From an uncultured bacterium (GTDB lineage: Bacteria; Zhuqueibacterota; QNDG01; DTFT01): DNA of 64,000 bases. The first letter of the stretch is position 1, and each line of letters opens with the position of its first letter. A model generated the notes under the pieces. It was not told where the DNA came from. It was given only the letters and a program-made list of their open reading frames with translations, and did not search any database. The stretch is from NCBI GenBank assembly GCA_963736115.1, contig CAVTNR010000002.1, forward strand, positions 46,046-110,045, read 5' to 3'. The position numbers and the translations under genes are program-made. Below are positions 38,085 through 46,980 of this stretch, piece by piece.

Positions 38085-38392
38085 TCATCAAACGCATGCG
38101 GACCCGCCCCCTCCGTGGGTCCGAACTGCCTCGCATCCTCTCGGCGAGGCTATCGGCCATAAGGGATATCAGTTCCGAGTTCCATGTCTGCGACATCGAA
38201 TTGGTTTTCCGTAGGGGCGACGCGGCGCGGCGCCCCTACAATCCGGTCGGACAGGGATATGGATTTCAGATGAGGCCGTAGGTCCGATATGCCGAGTCCC
38301 GCATTTACGGGACGAGGCTATCGGACAAAAAAAGCCTCCTCCGGAAGCGTCCGAAAGGCTCGCTGGGATGCGCGAGCCATTTCGGACCTACG
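38085..38392. repeat. Run of consecutive GC-rich hairpins, including GTAG-headed units
   Basis: CGGACCC..GGGTCCG; GCCTCGC..GCGAGGC; GTAGGGGCGACGCGGCGCGGCGCCCCTAC. The compound element 38277-38392 has outer stem GTAGGTCCGATATG / CATTTCGGACCTAC enclosing three smaller hairpins. Confidence 0.75.
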
Positions 38393-38475
38393 CTTGCCAG
38401 GCCAGGGAGCCATCCGAACTTATTCGGAGAGGCAGATCGGACCCTCTGGACAATTGTGACAAAAAAGAAAAATAC

Positions 38476-38504
38476 TTGACAATGACGTAAAAATTGAATA
38501 TGAT
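38476..38504 (+). promoter_or_regulatory. Sigma70-type promoter for the SDR gene
   Basis: TTGACA (38476-38481) - 17 nt - TATGAT (38499-38504). The ATG at 38518 is only 14 nt downstream. Confidence 0.6.
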
Positions 38505-38517
38505 ATTATATTAGAAA

Positions 38518-39381
38518 ATGGAATGGTTCAACGGTAAAAAAGTCTTCATCACCGGCGGCTCGAGCGGCATCGGAAAAGCCACCGCCCTGCGTCTGGCCTC
38601 CTGGGGCGCCGATGTCTGCATCGCGTCCCGAGGCTTGGACCGCCTGGAATCGGCTCTCGCCGAGATTCGCAGCCGCTCCGTCCGTCCCGATCAGCGGCTC
38701 CTGGCCCTTCCACTGGACGTGACCGACGTCAAGCAATGCCACGCCACGGCCGCGAAAGCCGTGTCCGCCCTGGACGGCATCGATGTGCTGATCAACAACG
38801 CCGGCGCCTCCTGGCCGGGCTATCTGGAGCGCATCCCGGATGCCGTGTGGGACAGGCTCATGTCCGTGAACTACATGGGCACGGTCAACTGCACCCGCGC
38901 CTTCCTGCCCGCTCTCATCCGCAGGCGGGGCGGCCGAATCGCCAATGTTTCGTCCGTTCTGGGTTTCATGGGCCTTTTCGGGTACAGCGCGTACGCGGCC
39001 AGCAAGTTCGCGGTGGTGGGTTTCTCTGAGAGCATACGCCAGGACCTGCTCCGGTACGGCATCCGCATCTCGGTCTACTATCCGCCGGACACGGATACTC
39101 CCCTGCTCGAGGAGGAGAACCGGATCAAGCCCGAAGAGACCCGCATCCTGGCCGGCCGCATCAAGCCGATTTCAGCGGATGAAGCCGCCCTGCACCTGCT
39201 CCGCGGCGTGGCGAAAGGGAAATTTGTCATCATTCCCGGATTCATGTCGAAACTGACCTATCATCTGAACCGGTACGCGCCTTTCCTGCTTCGCGGTATA
39301 CTGGACCGGGAGCTGAGGAATTACCAGAAGAAAGCGGAATCCGGAACCGGCGCCGTGCTGGAGTCGAGACTCAATCCCTGA
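38518..39381 (+). CDS. SDR family NAD(P)-dependent oxidoreductase
   Basis: 'KKVFITGGSSGIGKA' and the catalytic 'YSAYAASKFAV' (YxxxK). Confidence 0.9.
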   Translation: MEWFNGKKVFITGGSSGIGKATALRLASWGADVCIASRGLDRLESALAEIRSRSVRPDQRLLALPLDVTDVKQCHATAAKAVSALDGIDVLINNAGASWPGYLERIPDAVWDRLMSVNYMGTVNCTRAFLPALIRRRGGRIANVSSVLGFMGLFGYSAYAASKFAVVGFSESIRQDLLRYGIRISVYYPPDTDTPLLEEENRIKPEETRILAGRIKPISADEAALHLLRGVAKGKFVIIPGFMSKLTYHLNRYAPFLLRGILDRELRNYQKKAESGTGAVLESRLNP

Positions 39382-39461
39382 AGATCCGACGCATGTCGAT
39401 CCGCCCGCGCTCGCGGACGGATAGGTGCGACCCGTCCACGCCTAACCCGAAGGAGGAGTTC

Positions 39462-39671
39462 ATGAGAGTCGTGTCTCTGATAATCGCCGCTGCGGGGGTC
39501 ATTGTTTTCATCCTGGCCGTTCTCTCCGTCCTCACTCCGCTTCAACTGGGAATCACGCCCGGAGGGCTTCTCCGGGGCACGGTATCGCTTTTCCTGATGG
39601 CCATCACGGGGATTGTGTACGACAAGGCCTATCCCAGGAAACCGGCGGCGCCCAAACGGAAGAGAAAATAG
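39462..39671 (+). CDS. Small membrane protein (69 aa, two TM helices, basic tail)
   Basis: ATG 39462 with GAAGGAGG upstream. 'MRVVSLIIAAAGVIVFILAVLSVL...LFLMAITGIVY...KRKRK'. Confidence 0.65.
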   Translation: MRVVSLIIAAAGVIVFILAVLSVLTPLQLGITPGGLLRGTVSLFLMAITGIVYDKAYPRKPAAPKRKRK

Positions 39672-39700
39672 AGGCCGCAGGGCCCGACGCGGGAACCCGT

Positions 39701-39740
39701 AAACCGCTCATGCCGGACAGAAGGCATGGGCGGTTTTTTT
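39701..39740 (+). terminator. Rho-independent terminator
   Basis: AAACCGCTCATGCC - 8-nt loop - GGCATGGGCGGTTT followed by a T-run. Confidence 0.8.
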
Positions 39741-39826
39741 GTTGCGGCGGAACCGGACCGCCGGCCCGGTTGCCCCGCATTAGAACCGCTCTGCGCGGTC
39801 AACCGGGCGCAGGGAGACCTTTGGCC

Positions 39827-39855
39827 TTGACATTCTCGGGCTGAACAATTATACT
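39827..39855 (+). promoter_or_regulatory. Sigma70-type promoter for arfB
   Basis: TTGACA (39827-39832) - 17 nt - TATACT (39850-39855). Confidence 0.6.
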
Positions 39856-39902
39856 GAGAAACGAACAACGGCCGGGCCGGAAGCGGGACAGGACATCAAA
39901 AT

Positions 39903-40319
39903 ATGCGCTATTTCATCACGAATGACATCTTCATTGACGACCGCGAGATGGACTGGGACTTCATCCGGTCCTCCGGTCCGGGCGGCCAGAATGTCAACAA
40001 GGTCGCGACCGCGGTTCAGCTGCGTTATGACGCTGGACGCTCCCGGTCCCTGCCCGCGGAGGTCCGGGACAGGCTGATCCGGCTTGCGGGAAAACGCGCG
40101 ACATCGGACGGGGTCCTGGTGATTCAGGCCCGGCGTTTCAGGACGCAGGAAGCCAACAAGAAGGACGCGTTTGGGAGGCTGGAGGAACTGGTTCGGAAGG
40201 CGCTGGTCCGTCCGGTTGTGCGACGGCCGACCCGGCCTTCCCGCCGGGCGAAACAGCGAAGGTTGGAAACAAAAAAGAAGCGGTCGGAATTGAAAAAAAC
40301 GAGGTCTTATCGGGAATAA
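39903..40319 (+). CDS. arfB: Alternative ribosome-rescue factor ArfB (peptidyl-tRNA hydrolase, class I RF domain)
   Basis: GGQ motif 'SSGPGGQNVNKVATAVQLRY', basic C-terminal tail, 138 aa. Confidence 0.9.
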   Translation: MRYFITNDIFIDDREMDWDFIRSSGPGGQNVNKVATAVQLRYDAGRSRSLPAEVRDRLIRLAGKRATSDGVLVIQARRFRTQEANKKDAFGRLEELVRKALVRPVVRRPTRPSRRAKQRRLETKKKRSELKKTRSYRE

Positions 40320-40320
40320 A

Positions 40321-40359
40321 GCGGACCTCCCGAAGGCCTTCGACCTTCGGGAGGTCCGC
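40321..40359. terminator. Perfect 16-bp hairpin between convergent arfB and CNNM genes
   Basis: GCGGACCTCCCGAAGG - CCTTCGA - CCTTCGGGAGGTCCGC. Confidence 0.6.
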
Positions 40360-40375
40360 CTCAGCCCCTGTAACA

Positions 40376-40414
40376 GAAAGACCTGAAAGGTTTCTGAGAC
40401 CTTTCAGGTCTTTC
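40376..40414. terminator. Second perfect 16-bp hairpin
   Basis: GAAAGACCTGAAAGGT - TTCTGAG - ACCTTTCAGGTCTTTC. Confidence 0.6.
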
Positions 40415-40482
40415 CATTTGACTTCATTCCCCTGCGGAAAACGGAACCCCCGGAACACCGGGAACCGGAATCCGAAAATGCC

Positions 40483-41730
40483 TTATCCGACAGCCCCGCC
40501 CTCCGTCTCCACGTCCAGTATCACTTCGTGAATCTTGGACCGGCTGATCTTCCGCACCGTGAAGGTCAGATTACCGTGCTTCAGCTTACCCTCGGTCTTC
40601 GGCCTGTCCTTGCACTGCTTCATCAGCCAGTCGTTGAGAATCATGTCCGATTCGGGAAGCGCCGGAGCGACGTCCTCCCGGAGCTCGCGAAGCGGAATCC
40701 CGCCGCCCACCACGTATCGGTTTTCCGTGATGGGATAGCAGAATGTGGGCAGAAGATCGTATTCGTCATTGAGACTCCCCACGATGGACTCCACGATGTC
40801 CTCCAGGGTGATCAGGCCGGTCACTTTCCCGGTGTCGTCCCGTACCACCGCGATGTGCTGGTACCCCTTGGTCAGTTCGGTGAGGATGGCGGACAGCTTC
40901 AGCCCCGGTTTAACGGAAGGAATGGGCCGGCTGATGCCGCGCAGGGTCGGATCCTTGGGGTTCAGCCGAAGGACATTGACGATATCCTTGAAATTGACAT
41001 ACCCGATGACGTTGGCCGGGTCGTTCCCCTCAATGAGGGGGAAACGGGTATGATGGTGAATGTGGGCCTGAAGAAGCGCGTCCGTGAGCGACATGTCCGT
41101 GGAGAGCACTTTCATGTCCTCTCGCCTGACCATGATCTCCCCGACCGTCCGCTTGGACAGCTTGATGCTGCTCGAAACGATTTTCTCCTGCGCGGGATTG
41201 ATCATGTTCTGGAGGCTGGCGAACCGGGCCAGAACCGAAATGTCGTTCAACGCGTCGGCCTCCCCGTGGAGCTTCTTCTTGCCCTCGAACGGCCGATTCA
41301 TCCACTGCACCAGGCCCAGGTAGGGTGTGAATATCCGGACCAGTACACGCATGGGCGCCGCGACCAGGGAAGCGAAAAACGTATTGTACTTCACGCCGAG
41401 CGTTTTCGGCAGTATCTCCGTCCACTGGATCATCACGAGCGAAAAAACGATGGAATACAGCGTCACCCATTTCGTGCCGAACAGTTCAGCGAAATGCGTT
41501 CCGGAGACGGCCGCGCCGATCGTGTGGGCGAATGTGTTGATGACCAGAATGACGGCGATGGGTTTCTGGATGTTCTCGCGGAGGTGTTTCCATGTGGCGC
41601 CCGCCTTGGGCCGCTTCTCGGACAGTTCGGCGACGTCCGCCAGGGACAGACTGAGCGCGCAGGCCTCCAGCAGGGAGCACAGGAACGAGATGGACAGCGC
41701 GATGAGAGCGATGAGAAGGAATGTGAGCAT
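40483..41730 (-). CDS. CNNM/hemolysin-family transporter (DUF21 - CBS pair - CorC_HlyC)
   Basis: 4-TM N-terminus, a CBS pair ('GEIMVRREDM', 'HHTRFPLIEG') and a C-terminal transporter-associated domain. Confidence 0.85.
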   Translation of the reverse strand: MLTFLLIALIALSISFLCSLLEACALSLSLADVAELSEKRPKAGATWKHLRENIQKPIAVILVINTFAHTIGAAVSGTHFAELFGTKWVTLYSIVFSLVMIQWTEILPKTLGVKYNTFFASLVAAPMRVLVRIFTPYLGLVQWMNRPFEGKKKLHGEADALNDISVLARFASLQNMINPAQEKIVSSSIKLSKRTVGEIMVRREDMKVLSTDMSLTDALLQAHIHHHTRFPLIEGNDPANVIGYVNFKDIVNVLRLNPKDPTLRGISRPIPSVKPGLKLSAILTELTKGYQHIAVVRDDTGKVTGLITLEDIVESIVGSLNDEYDLLPTFCYPITENRYVVGGGIPLRELREDVAPALPESDMILNDWLMKQCKDRPKTEGKLKHGNLTFTVRKISRSKIHEVILDVETEGGAVG

Positions 41731-41828
41731 GTGAACCTGACCCCCTTCAGAGATAAAATTGAATGATTAATGATGAATGAAGGAGGGCACAGACATTTTA
41801 TTCAACACTCATCATTCACCATTTATCA

Positions 41829-43910
41829 TCAGTATACTCGTATCGGCATGATGACGACCGGAATGGCCTCGAAATGCAGTTTCCGTTGAACGGAGAAAAT
41901 CGTGTAATTGTGCAGCCAGCGGTAGACGAAGGAGTCCTTCGAAAAAACGAGCTGGCCGCCGAAGAAGACGGCACCCGGGTATTTTTTCTGGAGTTTCACG
42001 GCCAGATCGACCATTTCGTCGACCACGTCGACGCCGATACCGGTCGCGGTTTCGGCATAAAATCCGTGCTGTTTCATGTACCGGACGTACCGGTCCGCAT
42101 CGGCCTCCAGCTGTTTCTCAAGCGCCTTGATCTCTTCCGTGCTCCTGAAATTCGCCGCGTCGACCACTCCAACCCGGACAAACACGAAGTTGCGGAACAG
42201 GCCGGAAAAGCCCTTGATCACAGAGAACAAAGTGTGCAGACCCAGGCCGTTGAATCCGTTGACGAAGATGACAGCGGTCTTGCCCTTGGGATGACGGCGC
42301 ACGGACTTGCGTTTCCGGCCCTCGCCATTCTCGGTCAGGGGCACGGAAGGTTCGGTCACGGGCACCAGCGTGTCCAGGCGCTTCAGCATCTTCTGAACCC
42401 GGCCGTAATGACTGCGGACCTTGATGAAAAATGCAGCCAGCACGCCGGTGACGATCAGCGTGATCCAGCCGCCTTCATGAAATTTAACCGCCACGACGCT
42501 GACGAGGATGAAACTGGTCACCACGAGACCCGTCCCATTGACCAAGAGGCGGCTGATCCAGTCCCGATTCCGTCCCCGGTCCCGCAGGGCCTCCCGCACC
42601 ATGCCCAGCTGGGAGAGGGAAAACGTGATGAACACATTGATGGAATACAGAATGACGAGAATGCGCACCGATCCGCCAGTCAGCAGAACAACGGCCAGTG
42701 CCGAAACGCCGAGGATCAGCACGCCGTTCTGCGTGACGAAACGGTCCGACAGGGTTGAAAAACGCGTGGGCACCCAGCGGTCGGTCGCCATGTTGGCCAG
42801 CACGCGGGGCCCGCCCAGAAAACCGGTCTGCGCGGCCACGAACAGGAGAACCGCCTCGGACAGGAGGGTGACAAGCACGAAAACACGACCGGGCGCGCCC
42901 CAGCTCCGGGTGATGCTCTCGAACAGAACGGCGTTCAGGGTTTTGCCCGGCTGGAACTCGACCTGGTACAACAGATAAGCCACCATCAGGCCCACGGCCA
43001 TGACCGCCAGGGAAACGGCCATGTACAGCATGGTTCTCTTCGCGGTTTTCACGCGCGGCTCGCGGAGAATCGGCATGCCGTTGCTGACCGCCTCGATTCC
43101 GGTGTAGGTGCCGGCGCCCATGCTGAACGAACGCAGGATGATGAACAGCATGCCGGCCGCCCCGACTTCGGCCCGGGTCGTGGCCACATCCGCCGATACG
43201 CTGGACACGACGGAGGGGAGCTGCATGAGATGGGTCACCAGCGCCACGCCGATGGCCGCCAGATGGGTTACGATGAAAGTCAGAAAAATGGGAACGATCG
43301 GAGCCACTGACTCCCGGACGCCCCTCAGGTTCAGCAGAATCAGCAGAAATACGGACAGCACGATGACGACAATGCGGTACGGGAGCCATTCGGACGGCAG
43401 AAAACTGAAGAGAGCGTCCGCGCCGCTGGACACGGACACCGCGATGGTCAGCACATAATCGATCAGAAGCGCCGAACCGGCCACCATCCCGAGCCCCGGA
43501 GAGAGCAGTTTCGAGGCCACAATATAACCGCCTCCGCCCGAGGGGAAACGCTCGATGATCTGCATGTAGCTGGCGCTGATGATGAAAATCGTGAAAGCGG
43601 ACAGAAGCGCAACGATCAGGGAAAGCGCATAATGCCCGTTGAGACCCAGATAGGCTTCCTGCGGACCGTAACAGGCCGAGGAAATGCCGTCCGCGCCGAG
43701 TCCCACCCATGCAAGCAGGGCCACAAGCGACAGCTTGTGAAAAATATTTCGGTCGTGGAGGTCGCGTTCTTTACCGACGAGCAGGCGGATGAGACGCTGA
43801 GGGAGTGTCGGACGGGGCGTCACGGGGGGGAGATCGTCCTTATTTTTTGTTTTTTCTTGAATTGCGTACTGGATCCCATATATGAAAAATACGACATTTG
43901 GAATCGACAA
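41829..43910 (-). CDS. APC-superfamily permease with C-terminal cytoplasmic domain, KimA-like (putative K+ transporter), paralog 2
   Basis: 'LVGKERD', 'GADGISSACYGPQEAY', 'FPSGGGGYIVASKLLSPGLGMVAGSALLIDYVLTIAVSVSSG', 'LNLRGVRES', 'GTYTGIEAVSNGMPILREP'. The start is uncertain: TTG 43910 (tracked), or GTG 43823 by alignment with the paralog. Confidence 0.8.
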   Translation of the reverse strand: MSIPNVVFFIYGIQYAIQEKTKNKDDLPPVTPRPTLPQRLIRLLVGKERDLHDRNIFHKLSLVALLAWVGLGADGISSACYGPQEAYLGLNGHYALSLIVALLSAFTIFIISASYMQIIERFPSGGGGYIVASKLLSPGLGMVAGSALLIDYVLTIAVSVSSGADALFSFLPSEWLPYRIVVIVLSVFLLILLNLRGVRESVAPIVPIFLTFIVTHLAAIGVALVTHLMQLPSVVSSVSADVATTRAEVGAAGMLFIILRSFSMGAGTYTGIEAVSNGMPILREPRVKTAKRTMLYMAVSLAVMAVGLMVAYLLYQVEFQPGKTLNAVLFESITRSWGAPGRVFVLVTLLSEAVLLFVAAQTGFLGGPRVLANMATDRWVPTRFSTLSDRFVTQNGVLILGVSALAVVLLTGGSVRILVILYSINVFITFSLSQLGMVREALRDRGRNRDWISRLLVNGTGLVVTSFILVSVVAVKFHEGGWITLIVTGVLAAFFIKVRSHYGRVQKMLKRLDTLVPVTEPSVPLTENGEGRKRKSVRRHPKGKTAVIFVNGFNGLGLHTLFSVIKGFSGLFRNFVFVRVGVVDAANFRSTEEIKALEKQLEADADRYVRYMKQHGFYAETATGIGVDVVDEMVDLAVKLQKKYPGAVFFGGQLVFSKDSFVYRWLHNYTIFSVQRKLHFEAIPVVIMPIRVY

Positions 43911-43920
43911 GCAAGGGGAA

Positions 43921-45915
43921 TCAATACACGCGGATCGGCATGATCATCACCGGAATCCCCTCAAAATGGAGCCGCCGATGCACTGAAAAAATAGTGTAAT
44001 TGTGAAGTGCCCGATGGAGAACCGATTCCCTGGAGAAGACGAGCTGTCCCCCGAAAAACATCGGATTCGGATACTCCGCCTGGATGCGTTTCGCCATCCG
44101 CATGATCTCATCGACCACATCCACCCCCACCGAATAAACGCCTTCCGCATAGATACCGTGCTTTTTCATGTAATCGACGTACTTCTCACCCTCCTCCTCG
44201 AGGCGCCTGTCGATCGCCCGGATGTCCTTCTGTCCCTTGAAATTCCCCGCGTCCACCACGCCGACCTGCACGAACACAAAATTGGTGAAAAATCCCGGGA
44301 ACTGCCGGATGATGGAGAAGAGCGTGTGCAGGCCCAGTCCGTTGAAACCGTTGACGAACAGCACGGCCGTGCGGCCCTTCGCATTCAGCTTCAGTCGTTT
44401 CACGCCCCGCGCCGGCTTTTCAGTGGGAGCGAGCAGGGACGATTCCGTGACCGAAACGAGGCCGTCCAGCCGCTTCAGCATCTTCTGCACCTTGCCGTAA
44501 TGCCGTTTGACCAGGGAGAAGAAGACGAACAACCCGCCGGTCACCAGCAGTGTGATCCATCCCCCCTGGTTGAACTTCAGCACGGTCACCGTAATCAGAA
44601 TGAACAACGTCAGGGTAAGACCGACGCCGTTGACGGCCAGTTTTCCCGCCCAGCCCCTGGCTTCGCGGCGCGATTGCCACCAGTGCCGCACCATGCCGAG
44701 CTGGGACAGTGAAAAGGTGATGAACACATTGATGGAGTACAGCACCACGAGCAGGGTCACCGAACCGGCAGTGGCAACCACGAGCGCCATGGCGGCGAGT
44801 CCCATGATGAGTATGCCGTTCTGGGTGACCAGACGGTCCGACAGGGTCGCGAAACGGGTGGGTACCCAGCGGTCCCCGGCCATGTTGGACAGGACGCGGG
44901 GTCCGTCGAGAAATCCCGTCTGCGCGGCGACAAAGAGCAGAACGGCCTCGGACAGGAGGGTCAGCAAAACGAAACGGGGTCCCCATGCACCCCATCCTCG
45001 CGTAATGGTTTCGAACAATACCGCGTTCAGCGTTTTGCCGGGCACATGCTCAACCTTGTATAATATGTAGGCCAGCATCAGACCGAAGACCATAAAGGCC
45101 AGGGATCCGGCCATGTAGGCCATGGTCCTCTTGGCGGTCTGAACCTTGGGTTCGCGCAGGACGGGAATGCCGTTGCTGACCGCCTCGATTCCGGTGAACG
45201 TGCCCGCTCCCATGCTGAACGAACGGAGGATCAGCAGCACCATGCCCGTCACGCCCAGAGTGGCGCTCGTGGCGCGCACATCCGCCGAAACCGTGGCCGT
45301 CACTTCCGGAAGCTTGAACAGGTGAGTGACAACGGCGAGGATGATCACACCCAGATGGGTGATGATAAAAACCAGAAAAATGGGAACGATCGGAAGAACC
45401 GATTCCCTGACACCCCTCAAGTTAACCAGGATGAGAACCAGAACGCCGAGCAACGCGAAACCGATCCGGTAGGAATGCCAGGCCGGCGGCAGAAAACTGA
45501 ACAGAGCATCCGCGCCGGACGAAACGGAAACGGCGATCGTCAGAACGTAGTCGATGAGCAGGGCGGACCCGGACAGCATGCCGGTTCTCGGCGAAAGCAG
45601 GCGGGTGGCGACCAGATACCCGCCCCCGCCGCTTGGAAACAGCTCGATAATCTGGGAATAACTCGCGCTGATAACCAGGATGGTGACCACGCTGAGCAGG
45701 GCGACGATGAGCCCCAGGGCGTGGTGCGAACCCAGCACCACGAAAGCTTCGGCAGGGCCATAGCATGATGAACTGATCCCGTCCGAACCCAGCCCAACCC
45801 AGGCGAAAAATGCGATCAGGGACAGTTTATGGAAGAGATTTTTATCCCGGACGTCCCGGCTTTTACCGATAAAAATCCGCTTGAGGCGGGATTTCAGTGA
45901 ATAATTGGTCTCCAT
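43921..45915 (-). CDS. APC-superfamily permease with C-terminal cytoplasmic domain, KimA-like (putative K+ transporter), paralog 1
   Basis: Collinear with the downstream paralog along its full length ('FPSGGGGYLVATRLLSPRTGMLSGSALLIDYVLTIAVSVSSG'). ATG 45915 is preferred over the tracked TTG 45933. Confidence 0.8.
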   Translation of the reverse strand: METNYSLKSRLKRIFIGKSRDVRDKNLFHKLSLIAFFAWVGLGSDGISSSCYGPAEAFVVLGSHHALGLIVALLSVVTILVISASYSQIIELFPSGGGGYLVATRLLSPRTGMLSGSALLIDYVLTIAVSVSSGADALFSFLPPAWHSYRIGFALLGVLVLILVNLRGVRESVLPIVPIFLVFIITHLGVIILAVVTHLFKLPEVTATVSADVRATSATLGVTGMVLLILRSFSMGAGTFTGIEAVSNGIPVLREPKVQTAKRTMAYMAGSLAFMVFGLMLAYILYKVEHVPGKTLNAVLFETITRGWGAWGPRFVLLTLLSEAVLLFVAAQTGFLDGPRVLSNMAGDRWVPTRFATLSDRLVTQNGILIMGLAAMALVVATAGSVTLLVVLYSINVFITFSLSQLGMVRHWWQSRREARGWAGKLAVNGVGLTLTLFILITVTVLKFNQGGWITLLVTGGLFVFFSLVKRHYGKVQKMLKRLDGLVSVTESSLLAPTEKPARGVKRLKLNAKGRTAVLFVNGFNGLGLHTLFSIIRQFPGFFTNFVFVQVGVVDAGNFKGQKDIRAIDRRLEEEGEKYVDYMKKHGIYAEGVYSVGVDVVDEIMRMAKRIQAEYPNPMFFGGQLVFSRESVLHRALHNYTIFSVHRRLHFEGIPVMIMPIRVY

Positions 45916-46124
45916 GACGCCTTTTCGTTCCAATCTAAGAAAATATAAAACAGAAACTTAAAACATGCCATCCTGCGGAAAACGATGAGAAAGATACAGA
46001 ATATAATGCCTGGAAGCAAGTTAATTCGCTCAAAACCCCCTATTCTGTCCGGGCCCGACGGACTGAATGCCCTCCCTGGCCCGGCCCGCCGGAGAGGAGA
46101 GCAGGCCGGACCGGGAGGATCCTT

Positions 46125-46853
46125 CTATATATTGATATCCAATTGGGTTGTAAACGTATTGTTCGGAACCACCTTGTTATTGTTGAAAACCACATATCCG
46201 AAAATGACGCTGACATTCGTACTGAAGGCATATGAGCAGCCGAAGGACAGTGATCCGTACCAGCTTTTGCCTGAAGCGTAATCAACGCTCGCCCATATTT
46301 TTTCGGTCAGCGTCTTGTCCCAGGTCGCGATGAATCCGCTTGCGGCCGCTTCCCCGGTCTCGTCAAGGAATAGATTTTCGTTCAAACCCGCATAATACCC
46401 GAGGGAGATACGTCCGACTGTCGGCAGGGTCTTGGCCGTAAGGCCGTACACCATATTATAATCCGTTACATCTTTTTTGGTCCCGAAATTGAACGCCCCG
46501 ACGGCCAGTGCCGGACGGGCCCCGCTTTCGGGAAGTCCCAGCTTGAGATTGAAATACACCGGATCCGCCGAGGGTTCGATCAAATCGAAGCCGAATTCCA
46601 GGTATTTCAAGACGCCGACCGTCACTCCCACATCCGGCAGGATCATATAGGGATTCTTGCCGTTGTCGGCGATCGAAAAGTAATTGTCGATTCCGAAATG
46701 GACCGTGCCCTTCCTCTGAATGTCGGTCGACGGATTCCATATCTGCGTCGAAGCCGTGGCCCCGGCCTGGACCGGCCGGAGAACGCCGGCCGTCAGAACC
46801 GCTCCCAGAAACACTCGACAGGCCATCCCGTCGAAAGAATTTTTCATGCGCAT
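46125..46853 (-). CDS. Outer-membrane beta-barrel (porin-like) protein downstream of amt-PII
   Basis: AAGGAGG RBS before ATG 46853. Signal peptide '...VLRPVQAGA'. Alternating beta-strand pattern. Confidence 0.7.
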   Translation of the reverse strand: MRMKNSFDGMACRVFLGAVLTAGVLRPVQAGATASTQIWNPSTDIQRKGTVHFGIDNYFSIADNGKNPYMILPDVGVTVGVLKYLEFGFDLIEPSADPVYFNLKLGLPESGARPALAVGAFNFGTKKDVTDYNMVYGLTAKTLPTVGRISLGYYAGLNENLFLDETGEAAASGFIATWDKTLTEKIWASVDYASGKSWYGSLSFGCSYAFSTNVSVIFGYVVFNNNKVVPNNTFTTQLDINI

Positions 46854-46980
46854 TTCATCCTCCTTCATTTTTTGTTTTTCCTTCGTTTGCCGTTCGCGCC
46901 CCTCCCGGGAACGGGTGCCGGCTGCGGGAGGCCCTGACCGCCCGTCGGGCCCCTTCGGCCGGACGGTGCGGATTCGCTTC

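Noticed and set aside
45916-46124. Possible c-di-AMP (ydaO-type) riboswitch upstream of the KimA-like genes.
   Set aside because: The leader lacks the pseudo-symmetric conserved ACGGGGA / CCCA-type cores. It is short and AT-rich with no extended pairing.
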